Shown here: positions 26,635 through 34,711 of the stretch, piece by piece | Numbering within the stretch: the first letter of the stretch is position 1 | Layout: each line of letters begins with the position of its first letter | Assembly: GCA_964404815.1 (NCBI GenBank) | Contig: CAYOLR010000002.1 | Span: 1-39,229 of the forward strand | Length of the DNA stretch: 39,229 bases | Origin: an uncultured Halobacteriales archaeon | GTDB lineage: Archaea > Halobacteriota > Halobacteria > Halobacteriales > Hikarchaeaceae | Reading direction: 5' to 3' | Position numbers and translations under genes: made by a program | Notes under the pieces: generated by a model | The model's input: the letters and a program-made list of their open reading frames with translations, nothing else | What the model was told of the DNA's origin: nothing | Databases searched by the model: none

Positions 26635-27641
26635 GGCTCACCCAACGCGGTCAGGCGATGGTCGTTGTGATCGTGGCCGCGATCGCGATGGGGGCCCTGT
26701 TCGGGGCCCGGGGTCTCAACGCGGTCGCCGCACCGGGTGCGGTCGCGCTCGTCGCCGCCGCCGTCCAGGTTTGGCGCCTCGAACCACCGTCGTTCGAACG
26801 CGAGGTTCCGACCAACGGCTACCGCGGCGAGACAGTGCCGATCAGGCTCCAGTTCCGCGTCGATCGTCCCTTCAGCGCCCGCCTCCACGATATCGTGGAC
26901 GAGGGGTTGACAGCGGTCGGTAACGAACGGGCACTGTCGCTGCAGTCGGGGACGGTCGAATACGACATCGAACTCCGAGAGCGCGGCGAACGGACGATCG
27001 GCCCCACGTTCCTCGAGGCACGGGACGTCCTCGGGCTGCTCAAGCGCACGATCCGGTATCCGGGCCGTGACGAGATTCTGGTGCGGCCGAAGGTCCACCT
27101 CCTCGCCGGCCCGCGGCGCGAGGAGCTCGTCCGACTCTATGGCGGCCATAGCGACGAGCGTCAGGAGTTCGATCACCTCCGTCAGTACGAACGGGGGGAC
27201 CCCCTCCGGGACATCCACTGGAAATCGAGCGCCAAGCAACCGGATGAGCAACTGATCGTCAAAGAGTTCGCGGCCGAGGAGGGGACGCGATCGGTCGAGA
27301 TCGCGGCCGGCGCCGCCCCCGGCCACGACGACGCGATGGCGGATGCCGCCGCCAGCGTCGCCGTCGACCTCCTCCAAACGGGGGTGGCGGTCGGTCTGAC
27401 CACGCCGAGCGGCCACCTCGAGCCCGACGTCGGCCTGGAACATCGGAACCGGCTCCTTGACCACCTGGCGGTCGCCCGAGCGGGTGAGGCGAGCGGTGGC
27501 GGCCAGGCGGACATCCGGATCGAGAGCACGGCCGACGGCGTCAGGGTGGAGCTCAGGGACGTCGGGTTCAGCTTCGCGGAACTCGCCGGAAACCCCGTCG
27601 ATGCCGACCGACACCCCGACCGGGAGGTGGTCGCGACGTGA
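26631..27641 (+). CDS. DUF58 domain protein (vWA-like partner of MoxR)
   Basis: N-terminal TM segment. DUF58 hallmark 'EFDHLRQYERGDPLRDIHWKSSAK'. ATGA overlap with the moxR stop. Confidence 0.85.
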   Translation: MRLTQRGQAMVVVIVAAIAMGALFGARGLNAVAAPGAVALVAAAVQVWRLEPPSFEREVPTNGYRGETVPIRLQFRVDRPFSARLHDIVDEGLTAVGNERALSLQSGTVEYDIELRERGERTIGPTFLEARDVLGLLKRTIRYPGRDEILVRPKVHLLAGPRREELVRLYGGHSDERQEFDHLRQYERGDPLRDIHWKSSAKQPDEQLIVKEFAAEEGTRSVEIAAGAAPGHDDAMADAAASVAVDLLQTGVAVGLTTPSGHLEPDVGLEHRNRLLDHLAVARAGEASGGGQADIRIESTADGVRVELRDVGFSFAELAGNPVDADRHPDREVVAT

Positions 27642-29830
27642 GCACGGCCGTCTCCCGACCGACGTGGCGATGGCCGCCGGTGTCGGTCAACCAACTGGGC
27701 GCCGGGGCAGCGGCCGTCGTGCTGACCGCCGCGTACCTCTCCGTCCTCTACGAAGTCGTCAACGTGGTCAGCGGCGGTGGGGGGGTCACCGTCTTCGCCG
27801 TCGAGGTCGCCCTCGCGCTCGCGCTCGCCGCCGCCCTCTCGCGGACGCTCACGGTCGAACAGGCGGTCGCCCTCGGGTTCATCCTGCTCGCCGGCGGCCT
27901 GATCGGCTACGTGTTGACCGTTCCGGGCGCGTACTTCGACATCGTTCGCCAGACGCGCGACACCATCGCGCTGCTCACCGGGCTCTCCGTCCTCCGGATG
28001 ACCAAGGCCGGGATCTGGGCCATCGGGTTCACGCCGGCGCCGGTCTTCGTCTCGTGGTACTTCTTCTTCCGACGTCGGTACACCCTCGGGGTGATCGTCG
28101 GGGGCGCCGCCTTGGGCTTTTTCCTGCTGACCGGCGACGCCGACACCGTCCTCGGGTTGGCCGGCGTCTTGGGGGCGCTCGCGGTTTTGGGGTTCGGCCG
28201 GCTGGACCTCGAAGACGGGACGGCCCCCCAGCGCCAGACGGTGATCGCGCTGCTCATTGCGATCCTCGTGGTCACGACGACGATCAGCCTGGTCCCAGGC
28301 GGTGAAGCCCGGCCGCTCCTCCCGGACCGCGGCTCGGCGACGGTGGAGGGCAGTCTGGTCGACGCCAGCGAGGAGATCAAGGTGCTCGGCAGCATCCGGC
28401 TCTCCCCCGAAGTCCGGTTCACCGTCACGGCGAACGAGGGGGCGCGGTGGCGGGTAGGCGCTTACGACCGGTATACCAGCGATGGCTGGGTGCGGACCGG
28501 TCGGTCGGCCCCGTATTCCGGTCAGCTCACCTACCCCGAGGGCGACGAGATCGACCGGATCCGACAGACGTTCAGGGCCGAGGCCTCGGTGAACGTGATG
28601 CCGGCCGCCTGGAAACCCGTCGAGGTCCGTGGACGGGCCGACCGGACGATGGTGACGACAATGGAGGGCCTCCAACCCAGCCGCCAGTTGGAGGAGGGCG
28701 ACGCCTATACGGTCGTGAGCTACAAGGATCGCCCCTCGACGGTGGAACTACGAGGGGCCGGCACGGACTACCCCGAGTCCGTCCGCGAGCGATACCTCCA
28801 GCTCCCCGAGAGTACGCCTCAGCGGTTGACGACGTTCACCAGCCGACTGACGGCCAACGCCGACAACCCCTACGATACCGCGGCCGTGATCGAACGCTGG
28901 CTCCGCCGGAACAAGGACTACTCCCTCGACGTTGATCGGCCACAAGGTGACATCGCCGCGAAGTTCCTCTTCGACATGGAGCAGGGTTACTGCGTGTATT
29001 TCGCAACCACGATGGTCGCGATGCTCCGAAGCCAGGACATCCCGGCCCGGTTCGTCGTCGGCTACACCAAGGGCCAGCGGGTTTCGGAGAACCAGTGGGT
29101 TGTACGGGGGTTGGATTCCCACGCCTGGGTCGAGGTGTATTTCCCCCACCAGGGCTGGGTGGCCTTCGACCCGACGCCGCCGGGGCCCCGGCAGGCACTC
29201 GAACGTGACCGCGTCGATCAGGCACGGGCAAACGACGAGGAGGACGTCGACACCGACCTCTCCAGTGAGGGCACCTATACGACGCCGGATCCCGCCACTG
29301 GCGAAACCCCGACCCCGAACGATCCCGCCGAGGCCAACGACGACGACGCCGGCCTGAACACGACCGGGACGCCACCGATCGAGCTGTTCGGGCCCCAGTC
29401 CGGCACGACCGGCGGCGAGGCGGGATCAGGCCTCGGTTCGGGCGGCCTGCCGAGCCGCGAGACCATGCTCTACGGGGCGATCCTGCTGGTCGGCTTCGGG
29501 ATGGCCGTCCATCGGAGCGGCGCCGTCAACCGGGGGTATCGCGAGCTATGGCTCCGCCGACAGCCCTCCGGCCGGCCGGCAGCGCGGATCGACGGGACGT
29601 TCGCCCGGCTCGAGTACGTCCTCGCCCGGGAGTATCGGCCCCGGCGGCCCGACGAAACCCCCCGTGAATACATCGAGGCGCTCAGGTCGCGCGGGATCGA
29701 CGATCGGGCGGAAGGGCTCTACCGGCTCTACGAGCGGGCGCGGTACGCCGGGACCGCCGCGGAAGCCGACGCTGAGCGGGCCTGGGAACTCCTCGAAGAC
29801 CTCCGCGAAACCCGCTCACTCTGGCGATGA
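27638..29830 (+). CDS. Membrane transglutaminase-like protein (TgpA-like, with DUF4129-like C-terminus)
   Basis: About 6 N-terminal TM helices. Transglutaminase core 'GYCVYFATTMVAMLRSQDIPARFVVGY...DSHAWVEVYF...GWVAFDPTP' (Cys-His-Asp). GTG start overlaps the DUF58 stop (GTGA). Confidence 0.85.
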   Translation: MSTAVSRPTWRWPPVSVNQLGAGAAAVVLTAAYLSVLYEVVNVVSGGGGVTVFAVEVALALALAAALSRTLTVEQAVALGFILLAGGLIGYVLTVPGAYFDIVRQTRDTIALLTGLSVLRMTKAGIWAIGFTPAPVFVSWYFFFRRRYTLGVIVGGAALGFFLLTGDADTVLGLAGVLGALAVLGFGRLDLEDGTAPQRQTVIALLIAILVVTTTISLVPGGEARPLLPDRGSATVEGSLVDASEEIKVLGSIRLSPEVRFTVTANEGARWRVGAYDRYTSDGWVRTGRSAPYSGQLTYPEGDEIDRIRQTFRAEASVNVMPAAWKPVEVRGRADRTMVTTMEGLQPSRQLEEGDAYTVVSYKDRPSTVELRGAGTDYPESVRERYLQLPESTPQRLTTFTSRLTANADNPYDTAAVIERWLRRNKDYSLDVDRPQGDIAAKFLFDMEQGYCVYFATTMVAMLRSQDIPARFVVGYTKGQRVSENQWVVRGLDSHAWVEVYFPHQGWVAFDPTPPGPRQALERDRVDQARANDEEDVDTDLSSEGTYTTPDPATGETPTPNDPAEANDDDAGLNTTGTPPIELFGPQSGTTGGEAGSGLGSGGLPSRETMLYGAILLVGFGMAVHRSGAVNRGYRELWLRRQPSGRPAARIDGTFARLEYVLAREYRPRRPDETPREYIEALRSRGIDDRAEGLYRLYERARYAGTAAEADAERAWELLEDLRETRSLWR

Positions 29831-29877
29831 GGGCGTCGACAGTGTTTAGTAGGTCGGTGCTGTAGGCCCGTTTTGTA

Positions 29878-30171
29878 ATGGCGGAAGTCTGCTCGACGTG
29901 CGGGCTACCCGAGGAGCTATGTGTCTGTGAGGATGTTGCCAAAGAATCTCAAGAGATCACCGTCCACATCGATGAACGGCGGTACGGCAAGGAAGTGACG
30001 GTCATACAGGGGTTCGACCCGAAGGACGTCGACCTTGACAGCCTCTCCTCGGACCTGAAATCCAAATTCGCCTGCGGTGGGACCGTGGAGGACGGGACCA
30101 TCGAGCTCCAGGGGAATCACACCGGCCGCGTGGAGGATTTCCTCCGCGACAAAGGATTCAACGTGGCCTAA
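29878..30171 (+). CDS. Translation initiation factor aIF1 / SUI1
   Basis: '[14 protein letters not shown]' zinc knuckle followed by the SUI1 fold '[13 protein letters not shown]...[22 protein letters not shown]'. 97 aa. Confidence 0.95.
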   Translation: MAEVCSTCGLPEELCVCEDVAKESQEITVHIDERRYGKEVTVIQGFDPKDVDLDSLSSDLKSKFACGGTVEDGTIELQGNHTGRVEDFLRDKGFNVA

Positions 30172-30231
30172 CCGTCGAGCACACGGGTACGACGGGCCGT
30201 TCTGTCGTCCGATTGGCGAGCGGTCGCTCCA

Positions 30232-30768
30232 TCAGCCGGGATCGAGGTATCCGTCGGCCGCCGCCAGGAGGAGGCCCTCGATCGTGGCGTCGTTAGCGGG
30301 GGCTGTACGGGCCGCAGGGAAGGCCTCGTCGGCCGGCAGTTGGGTGATCGTGAGGAACTCGTTGCCCTCCCGGTCGGGCTCGCCGGGCGTGAGCCCCTCC
30401 GCGACGACGATCCCCCGCTCGTGCCTGAGCACGCCCGTGGCGACCCAGAACTCCTGGAGGAGGGTCACGCGGTCCGGGACATACCCCGTCTCCTCGGCGA
30501 GTTCACGGGCACCCGCTCCCTCGAACGACTCCCCGTCCTCGACGATACCGGCCGGGAGCTCTAGAAAGCGTTCGCCCACGGCGGGGCGTTGCTGTTCGAC
30601 GAAGACCACCTCGCCGTCGACCAGCGGGACGATCACGACGGCGGCCGGGAGGTCGGCCCAGTAGTACTTCTTCCGGGAGCCGTCCGGCTGTTCGACCAGG
30701 TCGTACCCGCCGGTATACCAGCCGGTTTCGTACTCAGCGACGGATTCCTCGACGGACCAGTCGGCCAT
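30232..30768 (-). CDS. Nudix hydrolase (ADP-ribose pyrophosphatase-like)
   Basis: Canonical box 'AGIVEDGESFEGAGARELAEETGY'. Start trimmed to 'MADWSVEES' (ATG 30768). The track start 30921 overlaps the upstream gene. Confidence 0.85.
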   Translation of the reverse strand: MADWSVEESVAEYETGWYTGGYDLVEQPDGSRKKYYWADLPAAVVIVPLVDGEVVFVEQQRPAVGERFLELPAGIVEDGESFEGAGARELAEETGYVPDRVTLLQEFWVATGVLRHERGIVVAEGLTPGEPDREGNEFLTITQLPADEAFPAARTAPANDATIEGLLLAAADGYLDPG

Positions 30769-30811
30769 AGGCAACGGCAGACCCGGAGGCGACAAGAAGC
30801 CTCCCGCCCGC

Positions 30812-31219
30812 TCAGAGGTGGTCCTTGTAAAGCCGACCGAAGGCCTGCCGGCGTAACGTGGACACGGCGGCCTCGGGTTCGTCCTGAAAGGTCGCCGCGA
30901 CGACGGTATCCTCGAAGACATGCCAGACCACGTTGTCGACCTGCTCGCTCCCGACCTCGATCACCTGGAGGTCGCGACTGTCGAGCCACGCCTCGTATTC
31001 TTCCCTGGTGCCGACGGTGACCGCGAGCAAGGAAGCGAAAAGCGCGTCACGTGCGGTCTCGACCACGTCGGCAGTGACGCGATCGCGGTATTCCTCCCGG
31101 TCGAAGTCCATCGCCTGGGCCGTCTCCCGGACCACGATCTGAGCGGCCGGACCGAGTCGGTCGGCCAACGCCCGGACGTCTTCGCGCGTCTCAGGCGTGA
31201 ACTCGCCGCGGTGTTCCAT
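30812..31219 (-). CDS. DUF5809-type conserved haloarchaeal protein
   Basis: 'ETAQAMDFDREEYRDRVTADVVETARDALFASLL' matches my recollection of DUF5809. 135 aa, acidic. Confidence 0.6.
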   Translation of the reverse strand: MEHRGEFTPETREDVRALADRLGPAAQIVVRETAQAMDFDREEYRDRVTADVVETARDALFASLLAVTVGTREEYEAWLDSRDLQVIEVGSEQVDNVVWHVFEDTVVAATFQDEPEAAVSTLRRQAFGRLYKDHL

Positions 31220-31243
31220 ACCCGAAGGCTGGTCCGGGGAGGG

Positions 31244-31585
31244 CTATTCCTCTTCCGACTCCTCGTCGAGCCGCTCCCTGGTCATCTCGATGGCCTCGTC
31301 CACCACCCGCTGGACGGACGGGTCGCGGGGGCCGGCATTCGAGCGGTGGTGGACGTGAGGCGCCGCAGTCTCCTCGGCGGTCACGGTCTCGACCTCGATC
31401 GTCTCGGCGTAGTCGACGATTTCGTCGGCGAGCGCCTCTGGGGTTCGATCCGACCACCCGGGGGCGACCTCGGCGAGCCAGTCGGCGTGGTCGTCGTCGT
31501 GGAGGAGGGCGGTAAAGGCGAGATGGTTGGCCAAGTGAGCCCCATCCGCCTGGGGTTCCTCACAGACCGGGCAGGCAAAGCCCAT
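31244..31585 (-). CDS. DUF5810-type protein with N-terminal C2H2-like zinc-finger motif
   Basis: 'MGFACPVCEEPQADGAHLANHLAFTALLHDDDHADWL' (CxxC-x8-H-x3-H). Start trimmed to ATG 31585. Confidence 0.6.
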   Translation of the reverse strand: MGFACPVCEEPQADGAHLANHLAFTALLHDDDHADWLAEVAPGWSDRTPEALADEIVDYAETIEVETVTAEETAAPHVHHRSNAGPRDPSVQRVVDEAIEMTRERLDEESEEE

Positions 31586-31616
31586 AGACCCAACAACCAC
31601 CGGGAGGGGCAAAACC

Positions 31617-32090
31617 TCACGGGTCGATAACCGTCACGAGCACCAGCGCGTCCTCGCCGTCATCGTAATACTGGGGAATGGTGTGGTGGGCCTCGAAGCC
31701 GAAGCGCTCGTAGAGGCTGATCGCCTCCTCGTTCGAGACCCTGACCTCGAGCTTCACCCGGCTCACGCCCTGCTGGCGAAGCTGGGTGAACCCGCGGTCG
31801 AGGAGGCGGGTGCCGATCCCGCGATTGCGATGGTCGGGGTGGACGGCGAGGTCTTTGACGTGACCGATGGCCGTTCCGAACCCCTGGCCCGCGTCCGCGA
31901 CGATGTACCCGAGGATCAACCCGTTCTCGATGGCGACCAGGAAGCCGGGTTCGTCCAGGAACCGGAGGAAGGCGTCGTACGGCCACGGTTGTGGAAAGGA
32001 CGCCTTCTCGATCCTGACCACCCCTAGCAGGTCGGCCCGCTCGGCGGGGCGGATCGAGACGCCGGACGGGGCCGAGGCGGTGGTCGTCAC
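31617..32090 (-). CDS. rimI: GNAT N-acetyltransferase, RimI-like (ribosomal-protein-alanine acetyltransferase)
   Basis: 'IRPAERADLLGVVRIEKASFPQPWPYDAF', and the acetyl-CoA site 'LAVHPDHRNRGIGTRLL', 'LEVRVSNEEAISLYERFGF'. There is no in-frame ATG, so GTG 32090 was chosen (TATA-like 'GCTTTTGG' 27 nt upstream). Confidence 0.75.
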   Translation of the reverse strand: MTTTASAPSGVSIRPAERADLLGVVRIEKASFPQPWPYDAFLRFLDEPGFLVAIENGLILGYIVADAGQGFGTAIGHVKDLAVHPDHRNRGIGTRLLDRGFTQLRQQGVSRVKLEVRVSNEEAISLYERFGFEAHHTIPQYYDDGEDALVLVTVIDP

Positions 32091-32175
32091 AGGTGGACCA
32101 CGCGACCGCGGGCCAAAAGCGTGATCCTCCTCGACCAGTCGAGGCTGTTTTCCCTGTCGGAACCACAAATCGGAT

Positions 32176-32607
32176 ATGAGTGTCCTGACGGCCGCATTGG
32201 CGTTCGTGGTCGACGTCTCGCTTGGCGTATGGCTGGGCGCTATGGGGTTTTTCTCCTTCGTCGCGGCCCCCCGCGTGTTCGCGGTGCTCGACGACCGCGC
32301 CGGGGCGGTTGTCAACGATATCTTCCCTCGGTATTACCTGGTGGGAGTGGGGTTGGGAATGGTCGCGGTGGCCGCGGGGCTGTTCGACGGCATCCTCGTG
32401 GGGTTCGATAGCGCCTTACAAGCGATGCTCGCCTTCGGGATTCTCGCGGTGGCGGTGACCGCCTACGCCAGGTGGCTGTTGATTCCCCGGATGGACGCCG
32501 CCGGCGAAGGGGCCTTCGAGCGGTATCACCGCCAGTCGGTGATCCTCAACGGGGTGGCGATGCTCGCCGTCGGGCTGGCACTCGTCGCGAGCCACGTCCC
32601 GGCCTGA
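32176..32607 (+). CDS. DUF4149-like four-TM membrane protein
   Basis: 'GVWLGAMGFFSFVAAPRVFAVL' and 'IFPRYYLVGVGLG' match my recollection of DUF4149. 143 aa. Confidence 0.6.
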   Translation: MSVLTAALAFVVDVSLGVWLGAMGFFSFVAAPRVFAVLDDRAGAVVNDIFPRYYLVGVGLGMVAVAAGLFDGILVGFDSALQAMLAFGILAVAVTAYARWLLIPRMDAAGEGAFERYHRQSVILNGVAMLAVGLALVASHVPA

Positions 32608-32617
32608 GGTCGGCCGA

Positions 32618-33058
32618 CTATGCGACGTCCCGGGCGATCGACCCCCAGGATAGGACCGACCCGGGCTCGATCTCGATCATCGGCCGTTCGTCGAGGTCGT
32701 GATCGGCGTACTGGTCGTACTTCGCCTCGAGGGCGGCCACCGCGGCACCGTGGTCGGCAGCCGATGGCTGGAGGAGGGTGGCAGTCCCCCTGATCTGGAC
32801 CCACCCCAACCGGTCCCAATCCTCCCGGTAGTGGTCGACCACGAGGGCCACGGTCGGGTTAGCGGTTATGTCCCTGACCCGGCGGAGATCGGTCGGCCCG
32901 ACGCGTTTCGGTTTCTCGTCGATCGGCGTAGCCAATCGTATCTCGTCGACGAAGGCATAGCAGACCGGGATTACGCTGGGGCGGCCCTCAGGATCGGCGG
33001 TGGCCAATCGGCCAAGACGACCGGCCTCGACGTACGCCCGCTCGGCCGGGGAAAACAT
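32618..33058 (-). CDS. PPOX-class probable F420-dependent enzyme (TIGR03668/Rv0121-like)
   Basis: 'GRLGRLATADPEGRPSVIPVCYAF', 'NPTVALVVDHYREDWDRLGWVQIRGTA'. Start trimmed to 'MFSPAERAY' (ATG 33058), which removes the overlap with the upstream gene. Confidence 0.7.
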   Translation of the reverse strand: MFSPAERAYVEAGRLGRLATADPEGRPSVIPVCYAFVDEIRLATPIDEKPKRVGPTDLRRVRDITANPTVALVVDHYREDWDRLGWVQIRGTATLLQPSAADHGAAVAALEAKYDQYADHDLDERPMIEIEPGSVLSWGSIARDVA

Positions 33059-33096
33059 ACGTATGGCATCGGGGGCATCGGGCAAAACTGCTTGGC

Positions 33097-34620
33097 TCAG
33101 GCCGGGCGGCCGAGCGTCCACAGGAACGTTGGCGTCTGCCCCGCGGCCCGGGGCGAGAAGAACTCGGTCACGGTGTCGTCATAGAAGGTCAACCCGGTGG
33201 CGCCCAGATCACGGTGGGCGTAAGCGCCGAGGTAGAGGCGCCCGGCGGTGATGGCGGCCTCTAGTTGAGCGAGCCGATACCCACGGTCGCCGAATGCCGC
33301 CGTGATCGTGTCGAGGTCGGTCATGAAGTAGATGGATAGCGCGGCGTCCGCGCCGAGGCGCTGGTCAAGGGCGAGATGCCCGGCTTCCTGCCGGAAGTCA
33401 CCCGTATCGAGCCGCTCCAATGTCGCGTCGTCGGGGTGGAGGTGGTAGGTGCCGTTGGGCACGCTATCGATCCCGTTGGCGAGACAGTAGGCGTCGTTGA
33501 ACCGAAGTGCCCGATCTGCACCGTCCCCCAGGGCGACGCCGTTGATCGCCCGGTCGATGAGGGTTGATACCTTCCGGAAGTTCAGCGGCTCGCGGGAGTA
33601 GCCCCGGCAGGACCCCCGCCTGGCGATCGTCCGATAGAGCGGAACCTTCGAGGCCCGGCCGGACCCCACCGGCGCGAGCTCGATCCGTTCGCCGTCGCCC
33701 GCGGCACGGGTCCCCGCCGTGTCCGGCCAGTCGCTGTACCATCGCTCGACCGCCGCCGGGTCGTCGAGGGTGGATGCCGAATATGCCTCGGTGATCAGTG
33801 GGTAGTCGATCTCGCGATCGGAGAGAGGTTCGGTGGCCGGATCGATCGGAGGGACCGGCCCGGACGACGGAGGCCGTCCATCCTTCCCGATGGGTATGAT
33901 CGCGATGGGGGCCTCGTGGTCGGGGTTGACCCCGATGAGGTCGGCGACCATCGAATCGACGAAGCCCGTTTCGACGGTGACCGGGAGGTCGAGCGATCGA
34001 GCGACGGCGACCGTGTTCGCCGCCACAGTCCCGGTATCCCAGAAGGCATGTCGATACGTCCGGGGACCGTACTTCCAGGCGTTGCGCCACCACGTCGACG
34101 TAGCGACGATCGAGAGGTCGCTCGACTCGACCGCTGGACGATCGCCTGTCGATTCCGCGAGACGGCCTCGATAGTCGCCCTCTCGGAGGACATCGAGCGA
34201 GAGCGTCATCGGGTCGACGTGATAGACGCCGGCCTCGAGCCCGCCGATCGGCCCGGTGACGAGGTAGAAGTCGATATGGTAGAGCGCGCCGGTACAGGCG
34301 GCCGCTCGGAAGAGGAGTTCTCGGTTCCGCCGGCGGATGCGGCGGGTGATTCCCACCGAATAATAGCAGAGTTGCGTCACGGAATCGAGGTCAAGCGAAT
34401 CAGCCGATTCGGGGGACGGGTCGGATCCGGCGATAGCGGCGAGCGCGGGTATCGGCGATGGGCGGATGGAGTCCGAGAGCGCTCGCGAGGGTGCCGACGG
34501 ATAGATCTTGTAGGGGCGTGGCTTGTTGTCGAAATCGAGACGTCGCCCGCCCTCGCGGACGCTTTGCGGTGAGTGTTTCGTCCGCTGGTGATAATCGAGC
34601 GCGCTCGTCCCGTGACCCAT
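33097..34620 (-). CDS. SagB/ThcOx-family dehydrogenase with two tandem nitroreductase-fold domains
   Basis: Starts 'MGHGTSALDYHQRTKHS'. First half has 'LLFRAAACTGALYHIDFYLV'. Second half has 'LYRTIARRGSCRGYSREPL', 'NGTYHLHP' and a C-terminal 'GATGLTFYDD'. 507 aa after trimming the track start 34764. Confidence 0.8.
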   Translation of the reverse strand: MGHGTSALDYHQRTKHSPQSVREGGRRLDFDNKPRPYKIYPSAPSRALSDSIRPSPIPALAAIAGSDPSPESADSLDLDSVTQLCYYSVGITRRIRRRNRELLFRAAACTGALYHIDFYLVTGPIGGLEAGVYHVDPMTLSLDVLREGDYRGRLAESTGDRPAVESSDLSIVATSTWWRNAWKYGPRTYRHAFWDTGTVAANTVAVARSLDLPVTVETGFVDSMVADLIGVNPDHEAPIAIIPIGKDGRPPSSGPVPPIDPATEPLSDREIDYPLITEAYSASTLDDPAAVERWYSDWPDTAGTRAAGDGERIELAPVGSGRASKVPLYRTIARRGSCRGYSREPLNFRKVSTLIDRAINGVALGDGADRALRFNDAYCLANGIDSVPNGTYHLHPDDATLERLDTGDFRQEAGHLALDQRLGADAALSIYFMTDLDTITAAFGDRGYRLAQLEAAITAGRLYLGAYAHRDLGATGLTFYDDTVTEFFSPRAAGQTPTFLWTLGRPA

Positions 34621-34711
34621 GCGTGGAGCGATGGGCGGCCGGGACCGAAAAAGGTGGGTCGACCCAGGATCGGGTCGTAGGGTTATCTGATCGGGGAACG
34701 ATTGAACGGGC

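Noticed and set aside
27182-28675. 497-aa minus-strand ORF
   Set aside because: It is antisense to the DUF58 and transglutaminase genes, and its sequence is Arg/Pro/Gly-rich with no motifs.
32137-32152. Palindrome CCTCGA-CCAG-TCGAGG between the rimI-like and DUF4149 genes
   Set aside because: It is a short 6-bp-arm repeat built on the very common TCGA/CTCGAG-type words of this genome. There is no adjacent regulator and no second copy, so it is not distinguishable from chance.
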